Below, in pieces: positions 47,871 through 58,662 of a stretch of DNA of 64,000 bases. The stretch spans positions 173,374-237,373 of the forward strand of contig JAVBWO010000012.1 of assembly GCA_036677375.1 (NCBI GenBank). Direction: 5' to 3'. Source of the stretch: Bacillota bacterium. Its GTDB lineage: Bacteria; Bacillota; Dehalobacteriia; UBA4068; UBA4997. The first letter of the stretch is position 1; each line of letters opens with the position of its first letter. The notes beneath the pieces were generated by a model that made no database searches, was not told where the DNA came from, and was given only the letters and a program-made list of their open reading frames with translations. Position numbers and translations under genes: made by a program.

Positions 47871-48952
47871 GCTTTCGCCCCTTCCATGCCAATATCCATC
47901 AGGGCCAGCGCTACCGCCGCTTCCACCACCGGCACCGCCCGCAACACGATGCAGGGATCATGCCGGCCGCTGATGGAGAGCATTTTTTCCGTATGAGCCG
48001 CCATATCCACAGTCTTCTGACTTTGTCCGATGGATGGCGTGGGCTTCACCGCCGCCCGAAGGATCAAGGGCATGCCGTTGGTGATTCCGCCGTTAACACC
48101 GCCGTTATGGTTGGTAGCAGTAACGATTTTGTCTTCCTGTAAAATAAAGGGATCGTTGGCCTCGCTGCCCCGCATTTCCGCCATGGCAAAACCGGCGCCA
48201 AATTCCACGCCTTTGACGGCGGGAATGGCAAATAAAAGGGAGGCAATGACATTTTCCACACCGGCAAACATGGGGCTGCCCCAACCGGCTGGTAAACCGT
48301 AAGCGGCACATTCGATGATACCGCCCACGGAATCTTCGTTTTCTCCGGCTTCCAGAATGGCTGCCTTCATATATTCCGCCGCGCCGTCATCCAAAACGGG
48401 GATTTCTTTTTTCTTTAAGCCTGCCAAGGCCGCCGTATCAAGGTTGCAGGGGTCAAAAGAGCTGTCCGCCACATGGCCGATCATGGCCGCGTGGGCTCCC
48501 ACAACAATGTTCCGTCGGTTCAGCCACTGCGCGGCCAAAACACCGGCAAAAACCAAAGGAGCCGTCAGTCTGCCTGAGAAATGACCGCCGCCCGAAGGGT
48601 CATGAAAACCCTGGTAGCGCACCATGCCCGTATAATCGGCATGGCCGGGACGTAAAAGCGAGCCGTTGCCGTAATCCTGCCGCCGGACATTGGTATTGGC
48701 AATCATGGCGCAAAGGGGCGTGCCTGTGGTTTTCCCCTGGTAAACGCCGGAAAGGATATTAACTTCATCTTTTTCCATCCGGGGCGTGGAATATAAATTT
48801 TGGCCAGGGGCCCGCCTTGCCATGGCCAGGGCAATCTCATCCTCTTGCACCGGCAAGCCAGGAGGTAAACCGTCTATGGCCACCCCGACGGCGGGACCGT
48901 GAGATTCGCCGAAGACCGTTATTTTCAAGTTACTACCAAGAAAGATGCTCAT
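47867..48952 (-). CDS. aroC: Chorismate synthase
   Basis: 361 aa, ...TVFGESHGPAVG... signature. Confidence 0.95.
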   Translation of the reverse strand: MSIFLGSNLKITVFGESHGPAVGVAIDGLPPGLPVQEDEIALAMARRAPGQNLYSTPRMEKDEVNILSGVYQGKTTGTPLCAMIANTNVRRQDYGNGSLLRPGHADYTGMVRYQGFHDPSGGGHFSGRLTAPLVFAGVLAAQWLNRRNIVVGAHAAMIGHVADSSFDPCNLDTAALAGLKKKEIPVLDDGAAEYMKAAILEAGENEDSVGGIIECAAYGLPAGWGSPMFAGVENVIASLLFAIPAVKGVEFGAGFAMAEMRGSEANDPFILQEDKIVTATNHNGGVNGGITNGMPLILRAAVKPTPSIGQSQKTVDMAAHTEKMLSISGRHDPCIVLRAVPVVEAAVALALMDIGMEGAKA

Positions 48953-50198
48953 GTATGACGCCTCCTAACGACTCATATTCCCTCCAAAAATCGGGAGCCG
49001 ATTTTTCTACCGTTTCATAACCTTCCAAAAGCACGGGCTCCCGACAGATGGTGGCAGCAATGGCCAGAGACATGGCAATACGGTGATCGCCCCAGGCCGA
49101 AACCCTACCGCCTCTCAGGCTGCCGCTGCCATAGATCAAAAGCCCGTCCGATGTTTCCGCAACGCTGCCGCCTAAAGCAGTAATACCCGCCGCAATGGCC
49201 GCCAGGCGGTCGCTTTCCTTAAGACGCAGCCTTTCGGCATGGATAATTCTGGTTTCACCCGTTACGCCGCAGGCCGCTACTGCCAAAGCAGGCACCAAAT
49301 CAGGCACCTGCGCGGCGTCAATGATACTGGCCTGAGGTGTACCGGGCAATGCCTTTACTTCCAAAGCGGTGTCCCAGATCCGTGCTCCCATTTGTGTCAA
49401 TAGAGCCGTGACGGCTCTGTCCCCTTGCAGACTATTGCCGTAAAGGCCGCGGCAGGAAACCGGATTGCCCAGAAAGCCTGCCGTCAGGTAAAACGCGGCA
49501 TGAGACCAGTCCGCTTCCACATGGTAAGCAAAAGGAGTATATTTCCCGGGTTTTATTGTAAAATGATTCCCTTCTCTTAAGATCACAATACCGAAAAGCG
49601 CCTGCACATCTTGGGTAAGCGCCACATAATCGGCGGATTGCAGCTCGCCTTCGATCGCAATTTGGGAACTTTCTTTTAATAAGGGCAACGCCAGAAGCAG
49701 CCCCGAGACATACTGGCTGGAAACATTGCCCGGCAGAACATAGGCGCCGCTTTGCAGCCGACCCTTGGCCAAGATGCCCTCCGGCTTTTCCTCAATCGTG
49801 GCGCCGCCCCGGCGAAGCGCCTCAAGATAAGGCGCCATGGGACGCTGGAACAGCCGGCCGCCGCCAGTGAAAAGGGTTTCGACGCCGCAGGCCAAGGCTA
49901 CGGGCAAAAGAAAACGTAAGGTGGAACCGGATTCTTTGCAATCCACCATTGCCTTTTCCTTCTCCCGCAAGCCACCGGATACCGCCAGAACAGGGGGTTC
50001 CCCTAATATACGGGCCAAACCAAGGGCTTCCAGACCCCGTCCTGTCGCGATAAGATCCTGGGAAGCGCCCACATTTTTCAAAATGGAAGTACCTTCCGCC
50101 AAGGCAGCGCAAATAAGCCCCCGATGGGAAAGAGATTTTGAGGGTTGAATCCAGACATCGCCCCGAAGCTTGCCGGGTGTAATCTCCAAAAGCTTCAT
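48933..50198 (-). CDS. aroA: 3-phosphoshikimate 1-carboxyvinyltransferase (EPSP synthase)
   Basis: 421 aa EPSP synthase pattern. Overlaps aroC start. Confidence 0.95.
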   Translation of the reverse strand: MKLLEITPGKLRGDVWIQPSKSLSHRGLICAALAEGTSILKNVGASQDLIATGRGLEALGLARILGEPPVLAVSGGLREKEKAMVDCKESGSTLRFLLPVALACGVETLFTGGGRLFQRPMAPYLEALRRGGATIEEKPEGILAKGRLQSGAYVLPGNVSSQYVSGLLLALPLLKESSQIAIEGELQSADYVALTQDVQALFGIVILREGNHFTIKPGKYTPFAYHVEADWSHAAFYLTAGFLGNPVSCRGLYGNSLQGDRAVTALLTQMGARIWDTALEVKALPGTPQASIIDAAQVPDLVPALAVAACGVTGETRIIHAERLRLKESDRLAAIAAGITALGGSVAETSDGLLIYGSGSLRGGRVSAWGDHRIAMSLAIAATICREPVLLEGYETVEKSAPDFWREYESLGGVIHEHLSW

Positions 50199-51241
50199 AC
50201 GCCTACCCCCTCCAGCAATTGTTCAAGAACCAAAGCCGGCACCTGCTCCACCACAGCTTCACCAATGCCTTTTAAAAGCACCAGACGTCCGGCGCCCTTT
50301 TTATCCAATTGTAAAGCATCCGCCACTAATTTGCGATCCACAGGGGGAGCTTGCACCGGCAAATCATAACGGATGAGTACTTCTTCGATCTCTTTTGCTG
50401 TCCCTACCGGCGCCAGTCCCAATTTTTCACTGAGCCGGGCAGCGGCCGCCATGCCGATGGCAACGCCCTCGCCGTGGAGGATTCCGTTATAACCAAGGGC
50501 GCTTTCCACGGCATGCCCCAAAGTATGGCCAAAATTCAACTGGGCCCGAATCCCCCGGTCAAAGGGATCGGCGGCGGCATATTCCTGCTTAATGGCAATA
50601 CAGCGGGTCACCAGCGCGGTAAGATCCTGCCGCTCTTTTCCTTTGGCGATTTGATAAAAAAGCGCTTGATCTCTGATGCAACCGTATTTGATGACCTCCG
50701 CCATGCCTGCCGACCACTGGCGGGGTTCTAAAGTAGCCAAAGCGGCAATGTCGGCCACTACCATCTTGGGATTGTAAAAGGTGCCAGCCATATTCTTACC
50801 CTGGGGCAGGTCAATGGCTACCTTGCCGCCCACAGAGCTGTCTACCTGAGCCAGCAAGGTAGTGGGAAGCTGCACAAAATTGACGCCCCGCATATAGGTG
50901 GCGGCGGCAAAACCGGCTAAATCCCCTACTACGCCGCCGCCCAATGCCAGCACCACATCCTGGCGGGAAAGAGGAGCCTCCGCCATCTTGCCGTATAAAT
51001 AAAACAGCATTTCCGGGGATTTGCTGCCTTCTCCTTCCGGTACTGTTACTAAAGTAGACGTCATGCCGGCTTCCCTAAGAACATCAAGTAATTGTATGCC
51101 GTAAAGGGGCGCTACTTTTGCATCACTGACCACAAAGGCCTTTCTCCCGGTAAAGGCAGCCAAGTATTCCCCGGTTTTTTTCAGAAGGCCTTCGCCGATA
51201 TGAATATCATAACCATTGCCATGGACTGTTTTCAAAACCAT
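50195..51241 (-). CDS. aroB: 3-dehydroquinate synthase
   Basis: 348 aa, GGGVVGDLAGFAAATYMRG motif. Confidence 0.95.
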   Translation of the reverse strand: MVLKTVHGNGYDIHIGEGLLKKTGEYLAAFTGRKAFVVSDAKVAPLYGIQLLDVLREAGMTSTLVTVPEGEGSKSPEMLFYLYGKMAEAPLSRQDVVLALGGGVVGDLAGFAAATYMRGVNFVQLPTTLLAQVDSSVGGKVAIDLPQGKNMAGTFYNPKMVVADIAALATLEPRQWSAGMAEVIKYGCIRDQALFYQIAKGKERQDLTALVTRCIAIKQEYAAADPFDRGIRAQLNFGHTLGHAVESALGYNGILHGEGVAIGMAAAARLSEKLGLAPVGTAKEIEEVLIRYDLPVQAPPVDRKLVADALQLDKKGAGRLVLLKGIGEAVVEQVPALVLEQLLEGVGV

Positions 51242-51475
51242 CTGCTCCTTCTTTATACTGTCTTTATATTGTGCTTTTTACGCTGTTTCGTTTTTACCTG
51301 TTCATGATAGAAGAGGATAAATACAATAAAGCCATTAGAAACGTTAGCAAATTCAGCAAATTTACTTGCGGGTAAGACATGCCTTGCTGCTTATTCCGTA
51401 TTTTTGGTATGCCAGTTTCGCTTTTGCTTCATTTAAATGCTAATGATACCTCAACATAAATAGTATCCTGCTATC

Positions 51476-51555
51476 ATCCTGTTTTATCTGTTTTTTATTC
51501 GGCTTTTTCCTGTTTTATCCTGCTTTATCCTTTTTTGTCCTGCTTTGTCCAGTCA
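51476..51555. repeat. ~6 degenerate tandem copies of a 12 bp unit (minus strand GATAAA[A/G]CAGGA) between aroB and aroF
   Basis: cctgttttatc / cctgctttatc / cctgctttgtcc repeats visible directly. Confidence 0.7.
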
Positions 51556-51647
51556 AAACACGGGAAGATGGCAATGGGGCCTTCATAGAACATGCCACCG
51601 AAAGTATTTTCCTGATGCAACTTGCGGGTTTTCCTGCGCACTACTTA

Positions 51648-52661
51648 CTACATGCTGCGACCCAAGAGTTCCGCCACTTTGCCGCATTTCTCCATCAAAA
51701 CAGCGAAATCCTGTGGCAAGATGGACTGGGGTCCGTCGGAAAGGGCGTTTTTAGGATCGTTATGCACTTCGATAAGCAACCCATCGGCACCCGCGGCCAC
51801 TGCCGCCAGAGACAGGGGCTCTACCATGTAGCGCCGTCCGGCGGCGTGGGAAGGGTCCACCAAAACGGGCAAGTGGGAAAGCTCTTTCAAAGCCGGAATG
51901 GCGCTGATATCCAAAGTATTCCTGGTATAATTCTCGAAGGTGCGGATGCCCCGTTCGCATAGGATCACATTGGGGTTACCCCGGCTCATGATATACTCCG
52001 CCGACATGAGAAGCTCCTCAATGGTGCTGGAAAGGCCCCGTTTTAACAATACCGGCTTTTTGGTGCTGCCAACTTCCTTCAGAAGCTCGAAATTTTGCAT
52101 ATTGCGGGCGCCAATTTGGATGACATCCACCACCATCTCAAACATTTCCACATGCCGGGGAGTGGTCAGCTCCGTCACGATGGGCAGCCCGGTTTCCAAC
52201 CGTATCTGCTGTAGGATCTCGATGCCTTCTTTTTCCATGCCCTGGAAGGAATAGGGCGAGGTGCGCGGCTTGTAAGCGCCGCCCCGGATGGCGGAAGCCC
52301 CCGCCGCTTTGACTTGGGCCGCGATACCGCGCATTTGATCCAGGCTTTCCACCGAGCAGGGTCCGGCGATGGCAATGATTTGATTACCGCCGATTAGCAC
52401 ATCTCCCACCTGGACAACGCTGTTTTCCGGATGAAATTTCCGGTTGGCCTTTTTATAAGGCTCCTGTACGGGGATGATGCGCTCCACCCCTTCCATCAAC
52501 AAAACCTGTTCTTTGTCTACCTGGGTCGTATCTCCCAAAACTCCTAGGACCACACAATCCACGCCCTGATTCACCTGTACCTGCATTTGGCTTTTTTCCA
52601 GAGTGGCAATCACTTCTTCCGTCTGGCCGGAAGTTGCTTTCGGACTCATGATGACGATCAT
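51648..52661 (-). CDS. aroF: 3-deoxy-7-phosphoheptulonate (DAHP) synthase, type I-beta, with N-terminal regulatory domain
   Basis: Start re-picked at MIVIMSPKA (AAAGGAGG RBS). KDO8P/DAHP synthase I-beta pattern. Confidence 0.9.
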   Translation of the reverse strand: MIVIMSPKATSGQTEEVIATLEKSQMQVQVNQGVDCVVLGVLGDTTQVDKEQVLLMEGVERIIPVQEPYKKANRKFHPENSVVQVGDVLIGGNQIIAIAGPCSVESLDQMRGIAAQVKAAGASAIRGGAYKPRTSPYSFQGMEKEGIEILQQIRLETGLPIVTELTTPRHVEMFEMVVDVIQIGARNMQNFELLKEVGSTKKPVLLKRGLSSTIEELLMSAEYIMSRGNPNVILCERGIRTFENYTRNTLDISAIPALKELSHLPVLVDPSHAAGRRYMVEPLSLAAVAAGADGLLIEVHNDPKNALSDGPQSILPQDFAVLMEKCGKVAELLGRSM

Positions 52662-52724
52662 TTTATTACCTCCTTTAATTTTGATCATAATAATCAAGGC
52701 TTTAAGCTTTCATAAAATAAAAAA

Positions 52725-52751
52725 CACGGGAGCCATTATCAGGCTCCCGTG
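52725..52751 (-). terminator. Intrinsic terminator (CACGGGAGCC-loop-GGCUCCCGUG + U7) in the aroF leader, ~65 nt upstream of the start codon: attenuator
   Basis: Minus-strand transcript ...CACGGGAGCCUGAUAAUGGCUCCCGUGUUUUUUAUUUU.... Confidence 0.8.
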
Positions 52752-52791
52752 CTATAAACAAGCAGGATAAGAGTAGCCGCAAATGGTTTTT

Positions 52792-52872
52792 CTAGCCCAC
52801 GTCAAAATAGCCGTAGTTTAAAAAACTAAAGCTAAACAGGCCAAAAAATCGATTTGCAGCGCGATGAGACAT
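52792..52872 (-). CDS. 26-aa Phe/Tyr-rich leader peptide MSHRAANRFFGLFSFSFLNYGYFDVG (attenuation leader of aromatic operon)
   Basis: GGAGG RBS 8 nt upstream of ATG. 6 Phe + 2 Tyr in 26 codons. Stop lies ~40 nt before the terminator stem. Confidence 0.6.
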   Translation of the reverse strand: MSHRAANRFFGLFSFSFLNYGYFDVG

Positions 52873-52907
52873 TTTCAGACCTCCGTTTGAGGTACTTATT
52901 TGCAGTT

Positions 52908-52936
52908 ATTATAACATCAGGCAAAGTAAAGTGCAA
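52908..52936 (-). promoter_or_regulatory. Sigma-A type promoter for the aroF leader: -35 TTGCAC, 17 bp spacer, -10 TATAAT
   Basis: Read on minus strand: ttgcactttactttgcctgatgttataat. Confidence 0.6.
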
Positions 52937-53030
52937 GAAAATTTTTTCAAGCAAAAGAATATTAAACGAGGTCAATTATTACCGAACCGTAAAGTGGGAG
53001 ACCCGGCAAAGGCCGACAACATCTGCCCTA

Positions 53031-54107
53031 TCAGGACATTCTTTTCAGGATCGCTTCACCCATGGCAGCGGTGCCTAAGGCTTTTTCACCGGATTTTGCG
53101 ATATCTGCCGTACGCAGTCCCTCTGCCAGGACTTGCTCCACTGCTTTTTCGATGATCTCAGCCCCTTGGGGTAAATCCAGAGAATAGCGGCACATCATGG
53201 CCGCCGACAAAATAGTGGCGATGGGATTCGCCTTGTCCGCTCCGGCAATATCAGGAGCCGAACCGTGAATCGGCTCATAAAGCCCGCTTTTGCCTTCGCC
53301 TAAACTGGCGGAAGGCAGCATGCCGATGGAACCTGTCAGCATGGAAGCCTCGTCGGATAAAATATCTCCGAACATGTTTTCCGTTACGATGACGTCAAAC
53401 TGGCCGGGATCTCGCACCAATTGCATGGCGGCGTTATCTACCAGCATATTGCGAAATTCCACATCGGAATATTCCTGAGCCAACTCTTCCATAACTTGCC
53501 GCCAAAGGCGGGAAGTCTCCAGAACATTGGCTTTATCCACTGAGGTCAGTTTTTTGCGTCTGGCCCGGGCGGTGGCAAAGCCCACCCGGCCGATCCGTTG
53601 GATCTCTTTCACGCTATAGGGCATGATGTCATAAGCACATTGACCCTCAGGCGTTTGCCTGCGCCCTTTTTCACCAAAATAAATGCCGCCGGTCAATTCC
53701 CGGACGATGATCAAATCAAGGCCGCCCGCTACCAGTTCCGGCTTTAAAGGGCATGCCTCAGCAAGAGGCGCGTAAAGCATTGCGGGGCGCAGGTTGGCAA
53801 ATACCTCTAAATTACCACGCAAGCCAAAAAGAGCTGTTTCCGGGCGTTGGCCGCCGGGCAAATGATCCCATTTTGGACCGCCGACCGCGCCTAAAAGAAC
53901 ACTGTCCGCCTTTAGGCAAGCTTCCAAGGTGCTCTGGGGCAGAGACTCTCCCACCGTGTCGATGGCAATGCCGCCCGCCAAAACTTCCTGAAAACAAAAG
54001 TCATGTCCTAAGAGACAGCCAACTTTTTCTAAAACCAGTATGGCCTGCTCTGTAACCTCAGGCCCGATACCGTCTCCTTTGATGACCGCAATATTATAAT
54101 GTACCAT
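53031..54107 (-). CDS. leuB: 3-isopropylmalate dehydrogenase
   Basis: 358 aa with IMDH/ICDH family pattern. Confidence 0.95.
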   Translation of the reverse strand: MVHYNIAVIKGDGIGPEVTEQAILVLEKVGCLLGHDFCFQEVLAGGIAIDTVGESLPQSTLEACLKADSVLLGAVGGPKWDHLPGGQRPETALFGLRGNLEVFANLRPAMLYAPLAEACPLKPELVAGGLDLIIVRELTGGIYFGEKGRRQTPEGQCAYDIMPYSVKEIQRIGRVGFATARARRKKLTSVDKANVLETSRLWRQVMEELAQEYSDVEFRNMLVDNAAMQLVRDPGQFDVIVTENMFGDILSDEASMLTGSIGMLPSASLGEGKSGLYEPIHGSAPDIAGADKANPIATILSAAMMCRYSLDLPQGAEIIEKAVEQVLAEGLRTADIAKSGEKALGTAAMGEAILKRMS

Positions 54108-54149
54108 AAAAGCACCTCATCTAATTTTTGTTACTCTTTTGTGATTCCT

Positions 54150-54644
54150 CTACGATTCTTTGATAGAAGCCAAAAGGCCGCCCGAAGCCACAATATTTTG
54201 GATAAATTCAGGAAATGCCTGGCTTTGATAGCTCTTGCCGCTGGTGATATCAGTGATGATTCCTGTCTTAAAATCCACCGACACGGTGTCGCATTCCTTG
54301 ATCTCCGCCGCCGCTTCCGGGCACTCCAGGATGGGCAGGCCGATATTCACCGCGTTGCGGTAGAAGATCCGGGCAAAGCTTTCCGCAATGACACAGGCAA
54401 TGCCGCTGTATTTGATGGCAAGTGGCGCATGCTCCCGGGAAGAACCGCAGCCGAAGTTTTTGCCGCCCACCATGATATCTCCCGGTCTGACCCGCTCTAC
54501 AAAAGCGGCGTCAATATCCTCCATACAATGGCGCGCCAGTTCCACGCCATCCGAGGTGTTAAGATAGCGAGCGGGAATGATGACGTCCGTATCCACATTG
54601 TCGCCATAGCGAAAGACTTTTCCTTGCGCTTGTAGTGCTTGCAT
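54150..54644 (-). CDS. leuD: 3-isopropylmalate dehydratase small subunit
   Basis: 164 aa aconitase swivel-domain LeuD pattern. Confidence 0.9.
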   Translation of the reverse strand: MQALQAQGKVFRYGDNVDTDVIIPARYLNTSDGVELARHCMEDIDAAFVERVRPGDIMVGGKNFGCGSSREHAPLAIKYSGIACVIAESFARIFYRNAVNIGLPILECPEAAAEIKECDTVSVDFKTGIITDITSGKSYQSQAFPEFIQNIVASGGLLASIKES

Positions 54645-54659
54645 ATTCGCCGCCTCCTT

Positions 54660-55919
54660 TTAAATGCCGTCCGGGGTCGTGATGAAGCCGGCCACAGCCG
54701 TTGCGGCCGCAACAGCAGGATTGGCCAGATAGATCTCGGACTCGCTGTGTCCCATACGGCCCACAAAATTGCGGTTGGTGGTAGCCACCACCCGCTCTCC
54801 CTTGCCCAAAATTCCGCAATGACCGCCTAAGCAGGGACCGCAGGTAGGCGTGGAAACCGCTGCGCCCGCTTCGATAAAGGTCTCAATGAGTCCCTCCTTC
54901 ACCGCTTGCAGGTAGATTTCCTGAGTAGCGGGGAAAACAATGGTACGCACACCTTTTTTGATCTTACGATCCTTCAATATCCTGGCCGCTACCTGGAGAT
55001 CTTCCAGTCGTCCGTTGGTGCAGGAACCGATGACCACCTGATCCACGGGGATATAAGGCAATTCGTCGGCGAAGCGGGTATTTTCCGGCAGGTGGGGCAA
55101 AGCCACCACAGGCCGGATTTTTGAAAGGTCGATGTCATGGCTCTTTTCATAGACCGCGTCATCGTCGGCGGAAAAAACGGTAAAGGGCCGGGTTACCCGC
55201 CCCGCCACATAGCTTTGGGTCTTGGCATCCACCGGAAAGATACCGTTTTTAGCTCCGGCTTCGATGGCCATATTGGCAATGGCAAAACGATCGGACATGG
55301 AAAGGTTGGCAATGCCCTCGCCGGTGAATTCCATGGATTGGTATAAAGCGCCGGCAACGCCGATCTTGCCGATGATATATAAAATGATATCCTTGCCTGA
55401 AGACCAGGCGGGCAATTTGCCGTATAGAACAAATTGTTGGGCGAAAGGCACCTTGAACCAGGATTTCCCCGTGGCCATGGCCGCCGCGATATCGGTACTG
55501 CCCATGCCGGTGGAAAAGGCTCCCAAAGCGCCATAGGTGCAGGTATGAGAGTCAGCCCCCACCACCAGCTCGCCGGGAGCCACCAAACCTTTTTCCGGCA
55601 GGAGGGCGTGTTCAATGCCCATCTCGCCCACATCATAAAAATGGGTGATCTCTTTTTCTCTGGCGTATTCCCGGATCATGCGGCATTGTTCCGCCGCCTT
55701 GATATCACGATTGGGCGTCAGATGATCCAGGACAAGCGCAATCTTATCTTTATCAAACACTTTGGTCAATTCTGCTTTGTTCAATTCATTGATGGCCACA
55801 GGCGCCGTGATGTCATTGGCCAAAACCAGATCCACCGAAGCGGAAATCAATTGGCCCGCATGAACCTGATCCAGCCCGGCATGGGCCGCCAAAATCTTTT
55901 GAGACATGGTCATTCCCAT
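54660..55919 (-). CDS. leuC: 3-isopropylmalate dehydratase large subunit
   Basis: 419 aa aconitase-family catalytic domain with Cys ligands. Confidence 0.9.
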   Translation of the reverse strand: MGMTMSQKILAAHAGLDQVHAGQLISASVDLVLANDITAPVAINELNKAELTKVFDKDKIALVLDHLTPNRDIKAAEQCRMIREYAREKEITHFYDVGEMGIEHALLPEKGLVAPGELVVGADSHTCTYGALGAFSTGMGSTDIAAAMATGKSWFKVPFAQQFVLYGKLPAWSSGKDIILYIIGKIGVAGALYQSMEFTGEGIANLSMSDRFAIANMAIEAGAKNGIFPVDAKTQSYVAGRVTRPFTVFSADDDAVYEKSHDIDLSKIRPVVALPHLPENTRFADELPYIPVDQVVIGSCTNGRLEDLQVAARILKDRKIKKGVRTIVFPATQEIYLQAVKEGLIETFIEAGAAVSTPTCGPCLGGHCGILGKGERVVATTNRNFVGRMGHSESEIYLANPAVAAATAVAGFITTPDGI

Positions 55920-55970
55920 AGGTTCCCCTCCTTTGCTTGCTGATAAATTGACATGATTTCTAAGTTTGGT

Positions 55971-57482
55971 TTATCTCAGCTTATCCTGCATCTTATTGAC
56001 ACCGTTGATATAGGCTTTGATACTGGCCTCCAATACGTCGGTGCTAATACCGCGGCCTGTGACGGTGGTGCCGAAGCTTAAGAGCTTCACCGTAGCTTCC
56101 CCTAAAGCGTCTTCCCCTTCGGTGACGGAACGCAAAGAGTAATCGGCCAGCTCATAATCGACGCCCACAATATTGTTGATGGCTTTGAAGGAAGCGTCAA
56201 TAGGCCCGTGTCCCAGGGCTACTCCTTCCGTTTCCTTGCCTTCCACGGAAAGCTTCACCCGGGAGGTGGAAGAAATGGCGTTCCCGGTGGTGATGACAAA
56301 ATCCACCAGGCCATAGCGTCCGGGGGTTTCCACTTTTTTGCCGCGGACCAAAAAGTCCAGATCCTTATCTAAGATATTGCGTTTCTTATCAGCCAAAACT
56401 TTGAACTGCTCAAAAGCATCCTCAAGCTCTGCCGGAGAAAGCTTGTACCCCAAAGCGGCCAGCCTGGTCTGAAAGGCATGCTTGCCGGAGTGCTTGCCCA
56501 GAACCATGTGGTTTTGGGCAATCCCCACCGATTCCGGCGTCAGGATCTCGTAAGTACTGCGTTCCGCCAAAACACCGTGCTGGTGGATACCGGCTTCATG
56601 GGAAAAAGCATTTTCTCCGATGATGGGCTTGGTGGGGGCTACCGGCACTCCGATGATGCTTTGCAGCAAACGGCTGGTACGGTAGATCTGAGGCGTTACG
56701 ATATTGGTCTTGACCCCGAAAAAATCGGGACGGGTGGCAAGGGCCATGACCACCTCTTCCAGGGCGGAATTGCCGGCCCGTTCGCCGATGCCGTTGACAG
56801 TGCATTCCACCTGGGTGGCGCCGGCCCGGACAGCTGCCAAAGCATTGGCGGTGGCCATACCCAAATCATTATGGCAATGAACGGAAACGTCCACTTTTTC
56901 AACGCCCTTGGTGTGCTTCATGACATAGGAAAACAAATCTTCCATCTCTATAGGCGTAGCATAACCTACGGTATCGGGAATATTGATGACGGTGGCGCCT
57001 TGGGCGATGACAGCCTCAAAGATCCTGACCAAAAAGTCCCGGTCGCTGCGGCTGGCATCCTCCGCCGAGAATTCCACGTCGGTCACATATTTTTTGGCAT
57101 AGGCCACGGCCGAAACGGCGCGGTCCAATACTTCTTCTTCACTCATCCGCAGCTTATACTGCATATGAATAGGCGAAGTGGCTAAAAAGACATGGATGCG
57201 GGGCGCTACGGCATATTTGACACCGTCATAGGCGGCGTCGATATCCCGCTCCAAAGAACGGGCCAGACTGCAAACCTGTGCGTTTTTAACGATCTTGGCA
57301 ATAGCGGAGACCGCCTCCAAATCTCCAGGGGACGCAATGGCAAAACCGGCTTCCATGATATCTACGCCTAAGGTTTCTAGCTGGCGTGCCATATCCAATT
57401 TTTCATTTAGGTCCATACTGCACCCGGGTGACTGTTCGCCGTCGCGCAGCGTCGTGTCAAAAATTTTGATTTTCGCGCTCAC
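55971..57482 (-). CDS. leuA: 2-isopropylmalate synthase
   Basis: 503 aa with ...[13 protein letters not shown]... motif and C-terminal LeuA dimerisation/regulatory domain. GTG start. Confidence 0.95.
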   Translation of the reverse strand: MSAKIKIFDTTLRDGEQSPGCSMDLNEKLDMARQLETLGVDIMEAGFAIASPGDLEAVSAIAKIVKNAQVCSLARSLERDIDAAYDGVKYAVAPRIHVFLATSPIHMQYKLRMSEEEVLDRAVSAVAYAKKYVTDVEFSAEDASRSDRDFLVRIFEAVIAQGATVINIPDTVGYATPIEMEDLFSYVMKHTKGVEKVDVSVHCHNDLGMATANALAAVRAGATQVECTVNGIGERAGNSALEEVVMALATRPDFFGVKTNIVTPQIYRTSRLLQSIIGVPVAPTKPIIGENAFSHEAGIHQHGVLAERSTYEILTPESVGIAQNHMVLGKHSGKHAFQTRLAALGYKLSPAELEDAFEQFKVLADKKRNILDKDLDFLVRGKKVETPGRYGLVDFVITTGNAISSTSRVKLSVEGKETEGVALGHGPIDASFKAINNIVGVDYELADYSLRSVTEGEDALGEATVKLLSFGTTVTGRGISTDVLEASIKAYINGVNKMQDKLR

Positions 57483-57544
57483 TAATAAAACCTCCTTATT
57501 TTTTTATTGTTCTTCGGCTTACCTTCGGTTCTATCGGTTCGATA

Positions 57545-58495
57545 TCAAGATCCCAGCAGTTTTTCCAGCAAGCCGATGCAATACATCACTGCCGGAATGG
57601 AAAAAATGCTGCATACCGTGGTAAGGAAGATACATTTTGTGGCGTATTCCGCATCGGAGCCGTTGGCCTCGGCAATCATGGATAAAGCCACCATGGACGG
57701 CAAGGCCGCGAAAAGACATAGAAAAAATTTTGCCGTAACCGGCAGAAAGCCGGCGCATAAAGTAAGTAAAAAGTAAACCACAAAGGGCATGATAAGCATC
57801 TTGATGCCGACGATCCAATAAAGGGATTTCGTGGTGAAGACCGAGCTTGCTTTAAAGGTGGCCAGCATGCCTCCCACATAGATCATGGCGATATAGGGTA
57901 CCGCGGAACCCACTGTTTTCAAAGCGTCATAGGTCTTGCCGGAAGGACGCCAGCCGATGAGGATCATGATGATAGCTAAAAGTAGAGAAACAGTGGTGGG
58001 ATTGATCATTTTCCGCCAGTTGTTCTGCCCCGGACGCCTGCCGGAAGCAAGATAAGCTCCGAAAGACCACGAAGTGGCATGGTCAATCACCGCAAAGATG
58101 GACCAATAGATAAGTCCTTGCTCCCCCAAGACCGCCATGGTGACGGGCAAGCCAACAAAGGTACCGTTGGAAAAGGTGCTTTCCGCCACATGGATGTCCG
58201 CCGTATCACCTTTCAGCCGGGCAAGCCAAGCGGAAAGCCGCGCTGCGCCATACATCAGTAAAACAAAAAGCAAAGAACATAGGACAAAGGGTCCGGCGTT
58301 AAATAGATCCTCCCGCGTGGTGAAAAAGGGAATACAGGTCAATACCATCAAAGGAATGGCAATATTCACCAGGAAACGGGAAACGGAGTGTAGTTCTTCC
58401 TTGGTCCATAGTTTGCCTTTCAAAGCGAAGTAGCCAATTAAAAGAAGGACGGCAAACGCCGCCATTTGTTCCATCATTACTGTTACACTGTTCAT
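57545..58495 (-). CDS. AEC (auxin efflux carrier / malate permease-like) family transporter
   Basis: 316 aa, ~10 TM, AEC family pattern. Extended -10 TGTGATACAAT promoter upstream at ~58540. Confidence 0.75.
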   Translation of the reverse strand: MNSVTVMMEQMAAFAVLLLIGYFALKGKLWTKEELHSVSRFLVNIAIPLMVLTCIPFFTTREDLFNAGPFVLCSLLFVLLMYGAARLSAWLARLKGDTADIHVAESTFSNGTFVGLPVTMAVLGEQGLIYWSIFAVIDHATSWSFGAYLASGRRPGQNNWRKMINPTTVSLLLAIIMILIGWRPSGKTYDALKTVGSAVPYIAMIYVGGMLATFKASSVFTTKSLYWIVGIKMLIMPFVVYFLLTLCAGFLPVTAKFFLCLFAALPSMVALSMIAEANGSDAEYATKCIFLTTVCSIFSIPAVMYCIGLLEKLLGS

Positions 58496-58662
58496 GTTTA
58501 CAAGGGCCTGCCTTCATGAAGTTATCGTTTTGCTGTTATTTGAGCTATTGTATCACATTCTGAAACGATATGCATTAATTCCTAAGAAAATTTTGGAGGG
58601 AATTTTAAAAAAGCGGCAAAATTCCGCGAGAAATTCCAATAAGGCAGAAAAATTCAGGATTC

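Noticed and set aside
52662-53030. T-box or TRAP-binding leader upstream of aroF
   Set aside because: Looked for the T-box consensus (AGGGUGGNACCGCG) and for GAG/UAG triplet arrays. Neither is present. A leader peptide + terminator architecture is present instead.
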